Shown one piece after another: positions 11,041 through 22,959 of a stretch of DNA of 64,000 bases. Below the pieces are notes generated by a model. It saw only the letters and a list, made by a program, of their open reading frames with translations. It made no database searches and was not told where the DNA came from. The DNA is from Squalus acanthias (lineage: Eukaryota), in the NCBI GenBank assembly GCA_030390025.1, contig CM059433.1, positions 18,106,001 through 18,170,000 on the forward strand, read 5' to 3'. A program made the translations under genes and the position numbers. Every line of letters begins with the position of its first letter. Position 1 is the stretch's first letter.

Positions 11041-12990
11041 AGAAAGACTTGCATTTATATAGCGCCTTTCACGACCACCGGACGACTCAAAGCGCTTTAC
11101 AGCCAATGAAGTACTTTTAAGTGCAGTCACTGTTGTAATGTAGGAAACACAGCAGCCAACTTGCGCACAGCAAGCTCCCACAAACAGCAATGTGATACTG
11201 ACCAGATAATCTGTTTTTTTGTTATGTTGGTTTGAAGGGATAATTACAAGTCCGAGCCCTTTTCGGGCTACCCCAGATCAGGCGTATTCCCCAGATGTTC
11301 ACCTTCAACTAAAGTTAAAGATAGCCGAATTCTATAAGACGCTTAATTGGGTCTAAAGGTCAGACTACCTCTCCCTAAAGAAAGGAATGACGTGAAGATG
11401 TTACCGTCCTCTGGATAGCACTTTTAATAAGTTTAACTAGACTGTAACCTTCCGGATATTATGAGGGTCTGGAATACCCTCCAGAATTCTGCAACTCCTT
11501 TGAGTGTACAGAAATTGAGTTTGCGAGTTTATACAGAAATACTCTGTGAGATAATTCTAAAAATATATAGATTTATTAAAGAACCGACATTTAGTTAACA
11601 GCTGTTATGGCAATCGCAACTTTAACCGTTCAATATACAAATAGCTTACATTTCTTATCAGAGATCCTTATTCTCAAATCTTAACTTCGTTACATTTCCA
11701 CACTTCTACTTATTTCTTAATCCAGAATATCCACCAAAATCAAATACCTTGATTACTCGAGACTCAGAGTTGTAAACTTACAGAGCGTGTCTGTGAAGTT
11801 GAGAAACGCTTGCCCTTTTCAGCGACTTCTGACTTTTCATCTGAGAAGCTCTTATTTTTATACTCTTTTTTAGTGGTATTTTCTTTGAAGTTTCCTGCTG
11901 ATGTAAGCTAATTATCTCTAGTGATACTGTATTGAATTCTTTTCTATTCTTACTGCTGTTTCAGCTGCCAACTCTTAGAATTCTGTCTGTACCTTTAGGT
12001 GTTTCAAAAACTTATCATTTTTATGGTTATTATCGATTTATCTATTTGATGCCATTCTTAGGAAGTCTTTCTATTGAATTTATAAATCACCTCTGCTGTT
12101 TGTAACACAGACTCCTGTCTCCTTATGTTCCAAGTTTAACACATAAACAATGTAATTGCTTGGTGTCATCTATTGATGTAATATCTACAAAGTCTCTCTG
12201 TAGGTACTTTTTACAATTTGTAATTCAAAAACACTTCATCTCGGGTGTTCTTTGCATTTCTTATTTACTTCAATTGGTTATATTAAGAACCATGTCTCCT
12301 TGTTCTAAGTTTAACATAAAATTATTTTACGGCAGGTATTTCTTTTACTTGATGTCATTTTTTCAAAGGCACTTGTTTTTTTTAATGTTCTGTGCACCTG
12401 TTCGACGTGTTAGATTTTGACACTTTACTTGGGTCATTCCATTGTGTTGGTTCCAATATTCAGACATAGAGGAACCTCCAGCCTACTGTTTCAATAGGGC
12501 CATGTCTTTGTATTTACAAACATTTCCCATTTCAAAGCTTGTGGTGTTTTACAGCTTTGTGTTAACAAACCATCTTATCTCAGAAGCTTGCATTTCTGCT
12601 TTACGGCTTGTGTCGCTGAGGCTTTTAGATTTTTAACCCCAGTTTGTCATGTTTTAATATTATCAAATCTGTTTATAGGATGATGTATTTCTTGGAATAT
12701 GGCTATTTCCTTCACAGGTTGAGGAATAAATATTGGCCAGGACACTAGGGATAACTCCCCTGCTCTTCTTCGAAATAGTGCCATGGGATCTTTTACATCC
12801 ACCTGAGAAAGCAGACGAGGCCTTAGTTTAACATCTCATCCGAAAGACGGCACCTCCGACAGTGCCGCACTCCCTCAGCACTGCACTGGAGTGTCAGCCT
12901 AGATTTCTGTGCTCAAGTCCCTGGAGTGGGACTTGAACCCACAACCTTCTGACATCAGAGGCAAGTGTGCTACCCACTGAGCCACAGCTG
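11041..12990 (-). mobile_element. DeuSINE in antisense orientation, itself split by a solo LTR
   Basis: Tail at 11041-11232 and head at 12721-12990 join across the ggtt TSD. Confidence 0.85.
11233..12716 (-). mobile_element. Long solo LTR (1484 bp), copy 1
   Basis: Termini TGAAGG...CCTTCACA (TG..CA). 4-bp TSD ggtt at 11229-11232 and 12717-12720. On the minus strand, TATAAAA starts at 11862 and AATAAA lies near 11575. Confidence 0.85.
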
Positions 12991-14919
12991 AAGAGCAGGG
13001 GAGCTCGACTCGGTGTCCTGGCCAGTACTTATCCCTCAACCGCCATCACCAAAAGATTATCTGGTCATTATCACATTGCTGTTTGCGGGACTTTGCTGTG
13101 CACAAATTGGCTACTTTCCTACTTTAAAACAGTGACTACTCTTCAAAAGTACTTCATTGGCTGTAAATCACTTTGCGACGTCCTGAGGTTGTGAAAGGCG
13201 CTATATAAGTGCAATTCCTTCTTTCTTTCTTTTTATTTATAAGCTGCAGAAGACTGAAGTTGGCAACGGTGACAAATTAGTGCCTAGTATCTTGAGGATT
13301 TCCACTCTTCCACCACCTTCCTTTTTGCCCCAGCAGAGAGCAGAAATGATATTACCACAGCTAAAGCCATGTGTAACTGAAGAGAGTTCACAACCCTTAT
13401 AGAGTAGAGGGGGACGAATAAAATCACAATTCATCTTTGTTGACAGATTTAGTATCCTTCGCCCTGATGGTAACGCACAATTTGTTCGCCCATCATCCCA
13501 TTCGGTCTATATTTGCCTGCACTACCTCAGTCATTGCCTGTCTCTCAGACGGGGAGTTAACCAATCTTTAGAGGATGATGTCTGTAACAAACAGAACAAT
13601 GTCACTTTTGATGAGAAAATTATTACTCTGTTCTTGGTATTTGGAACTTTGTGCAGCTGACATCCACTGCAAAAATAATATATTGGCCTCTAACTGATGG
13701 GAAAATAAAGAGATTTGAAAGGATGTGGATAATGCGACTGCAATGGACAATATTGAATAAGACTGGTGCCTAGTCTAATGCTCCAGCATAGGTATGATTT
13801 GGGTTTACTTAAGCCCTTGTAGTTTGATCAATGTTCAACCTACATTCCCAGACTGAGCAAGATTTGAAGAAGTAAGCACAACTTGCTGCATGCTGGGGAT
13901 ATTTAACATTTCGGATATTAAAATGCTTGGTGACAGATTTAGTATTCTTAGCCCTGATGATAACGCACAATTTGTTCGCCCATCGTCCCATCCGGTCTAT
14001 ATTTGCTTGTATTCTGCTCACAGCCAGTACTGTGGTTATTATTTTCAACCTGTGATATACACTATCACGCGCCACTCAAAAATTCCATTCATGATCTTCA
14101 ATTATCTGGAAGAAAATTTAAAATATGCTAAAATGACCCTATTTATTTGAATGCATAGTGGAATGAATCTTCCTCTAGCAAGTGAGATTTTATTTAGTTT
14201 TTTTAGTCTAAAATCACAACATTTCATGCTGTGATGACAAGATTAGTCAATAAATGTGCCTTTCAATCTTTTGGATTGAACATATTTTTCTGCCTTGCTG
14301 GCAACATCATGCCTCACTCCAGTACGACTGGAGAACTCGCTGTAATAAAGAACAGCGCACCACTCAGAGGGCGTACCAAGTGTTATTGGAGGTGCCGCAC
14401 ATAACTAAAAGAGGTGGTGACGGCTTGTGCCCAAGCCTCCGACAGCAGCGCCACCTCTGGTGAACATTTAAGCTATTGGAAATGTTTAGTGAAAACACTG
14501 AAGTGCTGGTGTTTGCCCTGAATATGACACCAAAATTATCCTGATATATAAGTGTCCCAAATATCCAAAAGGATCCAGACAGTAGTCTTGTTATTGTACT
14601 GCCCACAGATAAGAGTTGTCAATTAATCCTCAATTCACCTTGGAGATATTAAAGATTTAACACAATACACTTTGTACTATTAATAATTTACTTTATTTAA
14701 CTACATCCAAATTTACTAGGATAATATAATTTATATTAATACTAGCCCTGTAAGTAAAAAGATTCAACAAACTGCGCAGTTCTTTAATCTAATGATTAAA
14801 TATTTCATAGGATGATTCAGTTAGAATTATGGTCCCTTCTCGTAATGAAAGGTGTAATAACGCTTACAATATTAAGAACAATGTAGCCTCTTTAGGACAC
14901 TTTCAGGTATAACACAATA

Positions 14920-15032
14920 CTGACGAAGGGTCATCGACCTGAAACGATAACTCTGTTTCTCTCTCTACAGATGCTGCCTGACCTGCTGAGTATTTCCAGC
15001 ATTTTCTGTTTTTATTTCAGATTTCCAGCATC
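14920..15032 (+). mobile_element. Penelope-derived hammerhead mini-element
   Basis: ctgacgaagggtcatcgacctgaaacgataactc followed by the pLTR repeat. The cleavage triplet is mutated (GAT). Confidence 0.8.
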
Positions 15033-15247
15033 AGGCAGTCTCTGTGGCTTCACATAGTTCCTGTACTTAGGCTAACATGTGCTGCAAACATTTGAACTAC
15101 AGCAACAGCAACATGCACTCTCTAATTGGAACTTTGCACCAAGCAAATATCATTAAGCTCCTCTCTGATTTCATGTTGATTCAGAGGTTGTTTCTGTCTA
15201 CTGTGACCTAGACCAAACTATACAGCCAATCGTTCTACTGTGGCAAT

Positions 15248-15972
15248 GGGACTTTACTTCTCCTCTTTCACCCGTAGTACACACCCGTAGGGGCCTCGCA
15301 AGCGCATGCGCTAAAACCCGGCGCTTGCGATCTGTCAAGAATCCGCCTGCCCGGGAGAAGGGCCTCCGCGGGTGGAGAGTTCCGCTTTCTGCAGAACCTC
15401 CGCCCGCTGAAAACCTTTAAAAATCTTACGCCTGGTAAAAGCAGGCGTAAGGCCTGCTTTTACCAGCATAAGAGTTTTAAAAAATGTAAAAAAATTAAAA
15501 TTTTCACTCATTTTAAATTTTAAAATACTTTAAAAAAAAGGTAAGTTTATTTTTAGCCCCGTAAAAAACTTTAATTATTTTTTTCAAAAAATGAAATTTT
15601 TGTTTAAAATATTTAATTTAATGTAATTTTAACTCATTTTAAATACGTGATTTAAAAAGAAAAATTATTTAATGGTTTTACTGTGTTTTTTAAGTGATCT
15701 CCATTCCTACTTTTGACAGATCCCTGCGCAGAGACCTGTCAAAAGTGTGAAGGGGGACTTCCGTCTTTGATTGGTTCGCCATGGCCCACGTGACCCTAGG
15801 GACGCTTGCGAACCGCCTGCGCCCCTGGGATACCTGGGCCTCTGCGCATTTCGTAGAGCAGAGGCCCAGGATCGCAAGCCTCGGGACCTACGGAGCCAGC
15901 AGGTAAGTGCATAGATTTTTTGCGATCGGAGGCATCCGCCCGCAGGAAGCCTCCGATCGGAAATTCAGGGCC
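15248..15972 (+). mobile_element. Harbinger-type MITE, family A, copy 2
   Basis: TSD aat/aat, right TIR aaattcagggcc, same internal architecture as 3697-4419. Confidence 0.8.
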
Positions 15973-16570
15973 AATAATTTCCTCAGACCCTTCGTCAAGT
16001 TGAGAAAAATCAGAAAATCTTTCCTCCGTCCGACCCTTTTCTTGCGGGTAATCTTCAAATCTCCTGCTGATATTGAATCAATTATTCCGGCAGAGCGCAA
16101 TCCTTCTTTAAATATGCAGATCATGGCTCTGATGATCGGTTCTGCCCCCATCAGAAATCCCAGTACTGCCAGGGGGGAATGGGCTCGTCCTGAAATGGCC
16201 AGGCATATTATAATACAATTTTAGGTTCGGGGTTCGGGATTTTGTCAGTGAGCTGGTGAGGCAGAGGTTGCGCTCCATCCGCAGATTCATTCCCCAGTGT
16301 GACTTTGGATAAAAGGTACGAAAATAAATGAACAGGTTTCTGGCTGAAAAGGCAGAAGAGACTCAGTAGTAAAAGAGCCAACAGCTGTTTGAGACAACAC
16401 TGTACCGGGAATAACAGACTTGCTTGACCTTACAAATCTGTTCATTTAACCTCTGACCCTATTACCAATTGTTACATTTCGAACAATGCAGAACCTTGCC
16501 ATTTTGAAACATTCCGCATTTTCAGATGTTAAAATTAAGCTATTATAAAAATAGTTCAAGTAAACATTTA

Positions 16571-17991
16571 GGGGTGGAATTTCCTGTGTATTTGCAGCCA
16601 GATTACGAGTAATCAGAGCATGAAGCAAATACCCAGCGTAAAAGAGCGAGGAAAACTCGGGTGCGAGTGTGTTACGCACATAATTACGACGCATTCAAAT
16701 TCCCTCACTCTTTTACACCCATCTATCGATCACTGTAACACATCTCGGCTCATTATAGTGGTTCTGCCCCCAGGCTAAAGAACCGCACACACAAATTTCC
16801 TGCAATTGCACTGATTAAAAATGGGTGTGAAATTAAGAATTTTAGGTGCAGCAGGAAACAAAATAATTTTTCTGGTATTTTATTGCAATTCTTTGCAATC
16901 TTTGACTGCCTTTTTATTGCATGAGCATAAGTCACGATAACAATTGAAAAGCTTCCCCCGATTGCGGGTTCTTAAACATGCTTGTGCCTGTTGTGCATGA
17001 ATGAAGGTTACATGAATTGAGTCTTAAGAAGGAAATATATGGTATAAGTTTGGTGCTTTCATTGGGCCCTGATTGATTACGCTAATTTACACCCATTTTT
17101 TTGCATTTGGGCATATGCTAATGAGATTAGCAGGAAATTTGAGTGTAATTTGACATTGGCAGGATGGGCGTGTGAATTGACGTACTTTCAATTGCAACAT
17201 CTGGCTTGTACCCCCATAGGAAATTTCAGGCTGCTGTGCCTAATGTGCATGAATGATACAAAAGCAAAATACTGCGGATGCTGGAAATCTGAAATAAAAC
17301 CAGAAAATGCTGGAAATCCTCAGCAGGTCAGGCAGCATCTGTGGAGAGAGAAACAGCGTTAACGTTTCAGGTCGATGACCCTTCGTCAGAACTGGAAAAA
17401 GCTGGAGATGGAACAGGTTTTTAAGCGAGTGTAGGGGCAGGGAAAGGGGGGAGGGGAGGAAAGAACAAAAGGGAAGGTCTGTGATAGGATGGAAGGCAGG
17501 AGAGATTAAGAGATGGTGCAAGGCAAAAGGAGATGGTAATGGGACAAGTTAAGAAACAAAAGATGACTCTAGATGAAGTGTAAATGGCGATGGCAGAGTG
17601 AAAGACAGCTCCATGTGGAGAGAGAAAAAAAAATGAAAAAAAAGATAGGGGCAGAGGTTATGGTCTGAAATTGTTGAACTCGATGTTGAGTCCAGAAGGC
17701 TGTAAAGTGTCGAATCGAAAGATGAGGTGCTGTTCTTCGAGCTTACGTTGAGCTTGAAACTTGAACTTTCTTACTTAAGAAAGGAATACATGGTGTGAGT
17801 TTGACGTTTTCCTCGGGCCATGATTATATATGTGGATTTCTGCTTGTTTTTGCCCATTTTTATGTTCCAGCGTCTGTTAATGAGATTGGCAGGAAATCTG
17901 GGTGTGAATAGACATCGGCAAAACAGGTGCATGAATGGTCCTAATTTTAAGGTGTAACTTCCCGATTACTCCCCACAGGAAATTCCACCCC
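16571..17991. mobile_element. Harbinger-type non-autonomous element containing nested insertions
   Basis: Perfect 18-bp TIRs ggggtggaatttcctgtg (16571-16588) and cacaggaaattccacccc (17974-17991). Flanks tta/ata. Confidence 0.7.
17260..17757 (-). mobile_element. 3' end of a Penelope-like element: GIY-YIG C-terminus, 3' UTR and pLTR with hammerhead (17358-17392)
   Basis: Minus-strand translation near 17755-17663 is QAQRKLEEQHLIFRFDTLQPSGLNIEFNNFR, followed by ...agttctgacgaagggtcatcgacctgaaacgttaac. Confidence 0.88.
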
Positions 17992-18296
17992 ATAGTTTTA
18001 AATCAATTTTTTTTAAAGCAATTTCAAGTGTCAGGGTAGCCAGCTAACATTTAACGAATTAGGGATTACGCGAGCAATCAGATTGTGAAATGGAGAGACC
18101 CTGTTAATAAGCGACTCATACTTTGATAGCAAAAAAATTGGCAATAATTTAAAACGCATCACACTGAAAGGCCAATTACCAAAAAACAAACACCAATTTG
18201 ACAGATGTAATTAAGTAAGACTACTAGATCAAGAAAGATAAAGTTGGCACTTAGCTACACGGTCGAAAGCTGTAAATGCCAAAAAAAAATGAACAC

Positions 18297-18316
18297 AGTG
18301 CTCCCTCTAGTGGCCC
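18297..18316 (-). promoter_or_regulatory. Strong CTCF-like motif
   Basis: Minus strand gggCCACTAGAGGGAGCact closely matches the CTCF core, in non-repeat sequence. Motif match only. Confidence 0.5.
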
Positions 18317-18372
18317 ATTTGAGAACTGCTAAAGCTGTACTTCGGGAGTTCCTGCCATTCGTTTCGTTAAAC

Positions 18373-18825
18373 AAGAAAGACTTGCATTTATATAGCGCCT
18401 TTCACAACCACCAGACGTCTCAAAGCGCTTTACAGCCAATGAAGTACTTTTGGAGTGTAGTCACTGTTGTAATGTGGGAAACGCAGCAGCCAATTTGCAC
18501 ACAGTAAGCTCCCACAAACAGCAATGAGATAATGACCAGATAATCTGTTTGTTTCTGTGATGTTGATTGAGGGATAAATATTGGCCAGGACACCGGGGAT
18601 AACTCCCCTGCTCTTCTTCGAAATAGTGCCATGGGATCTTTTACGTCCACCTGAGAGAGCAGACGGGGCCTCGGTTTTACGTCTCATCCGAAAGATGGCA
18701 CCTCTGACAGTGCAGCACTCCCTCAGCCTAGCTTTATGTGCGCAAGTCCCTGGAGTTGGACTATGAACCCACAACCTTCATGACTCAGAGGCGAGTGTGC
18801 TACCCACTGAGCCACGGCTGACACT
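18373..18825 (-). mobile_element. DeuSINE (SacSINE1-like)
   Basis: Reverse complement of the 4945-5412 family, with a small internal deletion. Confidence 0.85.
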
Positions 18826-19463
18826 TAGCCCAAAAAGTCTACATGTGAAATTGTAACCTTTTTTTTCAGACCTACTGTGTATTCCCAGCAATTTTATTTT
18901 AGATTTCCACGCGTGCAGCTTTTTCTTTTTATCCCCACTCTTTGATTCACTGCAATTTCTCTTCCAGAAATACCAGCCTTGAGTTCTGTTCCTCACTGTT
19001 TCCATTTGTTTCTCCCGTTCTTCAGTATTGTTACACCTTTCTCCTTCATGTTTGTGATTCTATATTTGTCAAAAGCCATTTTCACAGTCATATTTCTTTT
19101 CTCACAGAATTATAGAATCATTGAATGGTACAGCACAGAAGGAGGCCATTCAGGCCCATCGTGCCTGTGCTGGCTCTTTGGTCGAGCTCTCCAATTAGTC
19201 CCACCCCCCTGCTCTTTCCCCATAGCCCGGGAAATTTTTCCCCTTCATCACCAGCCTCCCGCTCCAACTATTTCTCCATGCATTCCACCTTTCCTCTTAT
19301 AGGTCCAATATTTCCGTGATATTAATGTTCCTGTCCACCTCTCTCGCATTTTGTGCAATTCACCTTCTCCCACATGCTTCGTTGCACACATTCTCTGAAC
19401 CTCTTTCTCCAGCAACAATTAGGCAACCTATGTCATAACTGCCACGGTCCTTGGTTACACATT

Positions 19464-20226
19464 GGCCCGAAAATTAGACCTAATACGCGAGAGTACGCAC
19501 TGTGTACTCTCGCGTTTTAGGTCTCCAATTGCCAGTTTCCTGCATGCACTGCGCATGCGCGGGAAACCGGCACTTCGTGAATTCAAAAGGGGGCGGTTCC
19601 TAAGTGAACCGCGTGCGCGCTATAGGCTGCGCGCACGCAGTGCACTTAGTTATTTTTGCAGCTATGAACGCGCAGGTAAGCATGGAAGATTTTACACATA
19701 AAGAAAGGAGGCGTAAGACCCTCTTTTAACAAGGTAAGTAGTTAATTAAGTATTATTTTAAATTTTTTTCAACAGTTTTATCTTTTTTAGAGACTTTAAA
19801 GAAAGGTAAGTTTATTTTTATAACTTTTAAAAAGATTTTAAATTTTTTCAAAAATTTAAATTTTTGTTTAAAGTAGTTAGTTTATGTAATTTATAGTTAT
19901 TTTAAAAATGTGATTTATTTTTTAATTTATTTGAAGTTTTAGTGAGGTTTTGGGGCCGATCTCTATTCATAGATTTGACAGGTCTTCCTGTCAAAATCTA
20001 TGAATGAAGATTCCCTGCTCCGATTGGCTCTCCATGGCCCACGTGATCCCAGGGGACGCTTCGAACTAACTGCGCCCCTGGGATACGCAAGCACTGCGCG
20101 CCGGCAGCTGCAGGAGGCCCAGGAGCCGAAGTCCTCGTGGGCCCGAAGCACAACGGTAGGCGCGGTATGTAAGTATGCGTGCGATCCTTGCACCCGCGGG
20201 AAGCTGGAGAGCTGAATTTCTGGCCC
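19464..20226 (+). mobile_element. Harbinger-type MITE, family A, copy 3
   Basis: TIRs ggcccgaaaatt / aatttctggccc, TSD att/att. Confidence 0.85.
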
Positions 20227-20671
20227 ATTATGTTTCACCTGTCACTTTAACAAGTTTTTAAAAATTTCCTTCCAGGTAACAAGGACCAGAAACTCTGGCG
20301 ACCGCTGGATGTCAGCCAATCCCACGATCCCTCTTTCATTTCACTTTCTGCTCTCCCCATTTCCCCTTCCAAGCCTACTCCCATCCACATGTCAATTTGT
20401 CAGGTTTTTATCATTCCCACTGATCTTCACCTTTCTGCCTCTAAGAAATCTACCCTCCACTATGGACTTAGCTTCATCCCCTTATCTAATCGATTACGAG
20501 CTTGTTATAATGCTGGACTCCTCTGGTGTTTTGGTCCGTGTCTTATTTTAGGTGAGAGTTCATTTCACGCCCCCCACCAGTGCCCCACCATTGTGATTCT
20601 GTCTCCTTCTATCCTTCCTTAACTCTACCTTCTGGCCCTGCCCCCTTCTTTGCCCTTTTCATTTTCCCTTT

Positions 20672-21120
20672 TCAGCTGTCGCTCAGCTGGTAGCACACTC
20701 GCCTGAGTCAGAAGGTTATGGGTTCTAAGTCCCACTCCAGAGACTTGAGCACATAAATCTAGGCTGACACTCCAGTGCAGTGCTGCACTGTCGGAGGTAT
20801 TGTCTTTCGGATGAGACGTTAAACCGAAGCCCCGTCTGCTCTCTCAGTTAAAAGATCCCATGACACTATTTCGAAGAAGACTTAGGGGAGTTATCCCCAG
20901 TGTCCTGGCCAATATTTATCCCTCAATCAACATAACAAAAACAGATTATCTGGTCATTATCACATTGCTGTTTGTGGGAGCTTGCTGTGCACAAATTGGC
21001 TGCTGCGTTTCCCACATTACAACAGTGACTACACTTCAGAAAGTACTTAATTGGCTGTAAAGCACTTTGAGACGTCCAGTGGTCGTGAAAGGCGCTATAT
21101 AAATGCAAGTCTCTCTTTCA
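20672..21120 (+). mobile_element. DeuSINE (SacSINE1-like)
   Basis: Same head, Deu-like domain and tail as 4945-5412. Confidence 0.85.
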
Positions 21121-21289
21121 TTGAGACGTGCTGCTGTGATATCAGTCTTTCTCTATTCCTCTTACTCAATCTTCATTTATCTACCTCGGAAATGATCGTA
21201 CTCCATTCTTTTTGTTCCAACCTGGCTTAAGTCATCAATCACATTGACAAGACTTCCACCTGGCTGAACCTAAAGGTAATTATCTGACT

Positions 21290-21575
21290 CATAGAAACAT
21301 AGAAACATAGAATCTAGGAGCAGGAGTAGGCCATTCGGCCCGTCGAGCCTGCTCCGCCATTCAATACGATCATGGCTGATCATCCAAATCCAGTACCCTG
21401 TCCCTGCTTTAATCCCCACAGTACACATATCCCACCCTACCCCCGTAACCCCACGTATTTAATTCCCCCTAACATATCCCATCCTATCCCCATAACCCCA
21501 CATATTTAATCCCCCCTAACACTAAGGGTCAATTTATCATAGCCAAATCAACCTAACCCACACATTTTTGGACTC
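21290..21575 (-). mobile_element. CR1 3' tail fused to an HE1-type SINE fragment with a ~47-bp tandem duplication
   Basis: catagaaa repeats plus ggagcaggagtaggccattcggccc. 21410-21575 matches 37670-37825. Confidence 0.7.
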
Positions 21576-21751
21576 ATGTTGCTATCTCCCCCATTCTGTG
21601 ACTTCACTGCCCAACCCACCAATTAATTTCAGATCAATCATCTCATCTATTCTGGAAATCTTCCCCCCACTGACTCCAATCTCCACTTCTGTACCAATCT
21701 GTTCTACCTATTCTTCAAGATTCATAAACAGGATGACCCTGCAGGTCCAAT

Positions 21752-22363
21752 GGGCTCGGTTTTATCTGGGGGCAGTTGAAATGGAGCGGGGGACTTGCCC
21801 ACTCCCTTCCTCCCCCTGATCTGGCTGACCGCAATTTTAAATTGCAGGCGGCAAGGACACCTGTCCCAAACCGGTAGGGTCCTCTTTAGATAAGCAGATT
21901 AGGCTCTGATGACATAATTGGGGCCTGATCTGCCATTTTAAACTGAAGCGGGGGAGGCAGTGGTGGCTTCTTCATTTCGCCAAACCTGTCGGGAACAGCA
22001 GTCAGGGCCAGAAATCTCCTCGTGGGCCAAGAAGAGCAGGAGAGCTCCTCCAGGCCTGGCAAGGAAACTTTGGGCCTCCCTTGCTCCAGCCTTCTTCAAC
22101 CCCCTTCCCCCGACCGGGATTCCCCTCGCGGAGCATTTACCTTGTCCCAGGGACTGTACCCCTGGGTCCCCGGTGGCAGCCCACCGCCCTATTTTAACGG
22201 CCGGGCAGCCACTTCCTGCCAACCTCCCGGCCATTGCAGTCGATAAGCAATGTGTTAATGATTCCCCGGCTGTTACAATCCTCCGAGCCTGCCTGCTGCC
22301 ACTCTCAGATGGGGCACGCCGCTAGCTTTTCCGTGTTCCCGCCCGGGAGTTAAAATCAAGCCC
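21752..22363. mobile_element. Harbinger-type MITE
   Basis: TIRs gggctcggtttta / taaaatcaagccc, TSD aat/aat. Confidence 0.8.
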
Positions 22364-22959
22364 AATGTTTCAGCTGAATCTGAATAATCTGTACCGCCAA
22401 ACTCATTTCCTCTTGACTCCATTCTCTCTCTCCTTGTCTATTCCCTGCCGACATACATCTGTGACTTTCCTGGTTGTTTCTGAGGCTTTGATGATTTCAG
22501 GTTCTGGGGCCCAAATATTTCTCCCACCATGGATATATAGCTCTTCTACATTTCCATTCATCGCCCGTATGGTTTCCAAGCCCTCCACTTCTTCCCTGAG
22601 AATGCAGCAACCAGTCCCCATCTCCTGACATCTTCCTTCATTTGGTTCAACTTGTTTTCATCTTCAACTACTTCTGTCTTGAGTCCATTCACTTCCTCCA
22701 AATAAAGAAGTTTTAGTATTGGAAGCTAATTGGGTTCCACTATGCCTGTGTTTTGGTAGGATATGTCGAACACTCCTCGTTACAATTCTACTCAGGCCCC
22801 CTCGTTAACCTCTCCCTCTTTTAAATAGACTATTGTGCTGATGCTGCTTTCTTCTGTTAAAAATGTCATTGACTGCACTTCTCATTGCCACCTGTCCCTT
22901 CACCTTTATGTGGTCTATCTCTGACTCTTCCTTCTTCTTCCTAGACTCTCGCTCTCTCT

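Larger units (their letters stand above)
10816..13235 (+). mobile_element. DeuSINE split by nested insertions (head 10816-11040, tail 12990-13235)
   Basis: Head ends at ...tatttcgaagaa and the consensus resumes with gaagagcagggg at about 12990. Confidence 0.8.

Noticed and set aside
20022..20046. ER-stress element (ERSE/ERSE-II) in the MITE
   Set aside because: ATTGG-to-CCACG spacing is 11 nt, which fits neither consensus.
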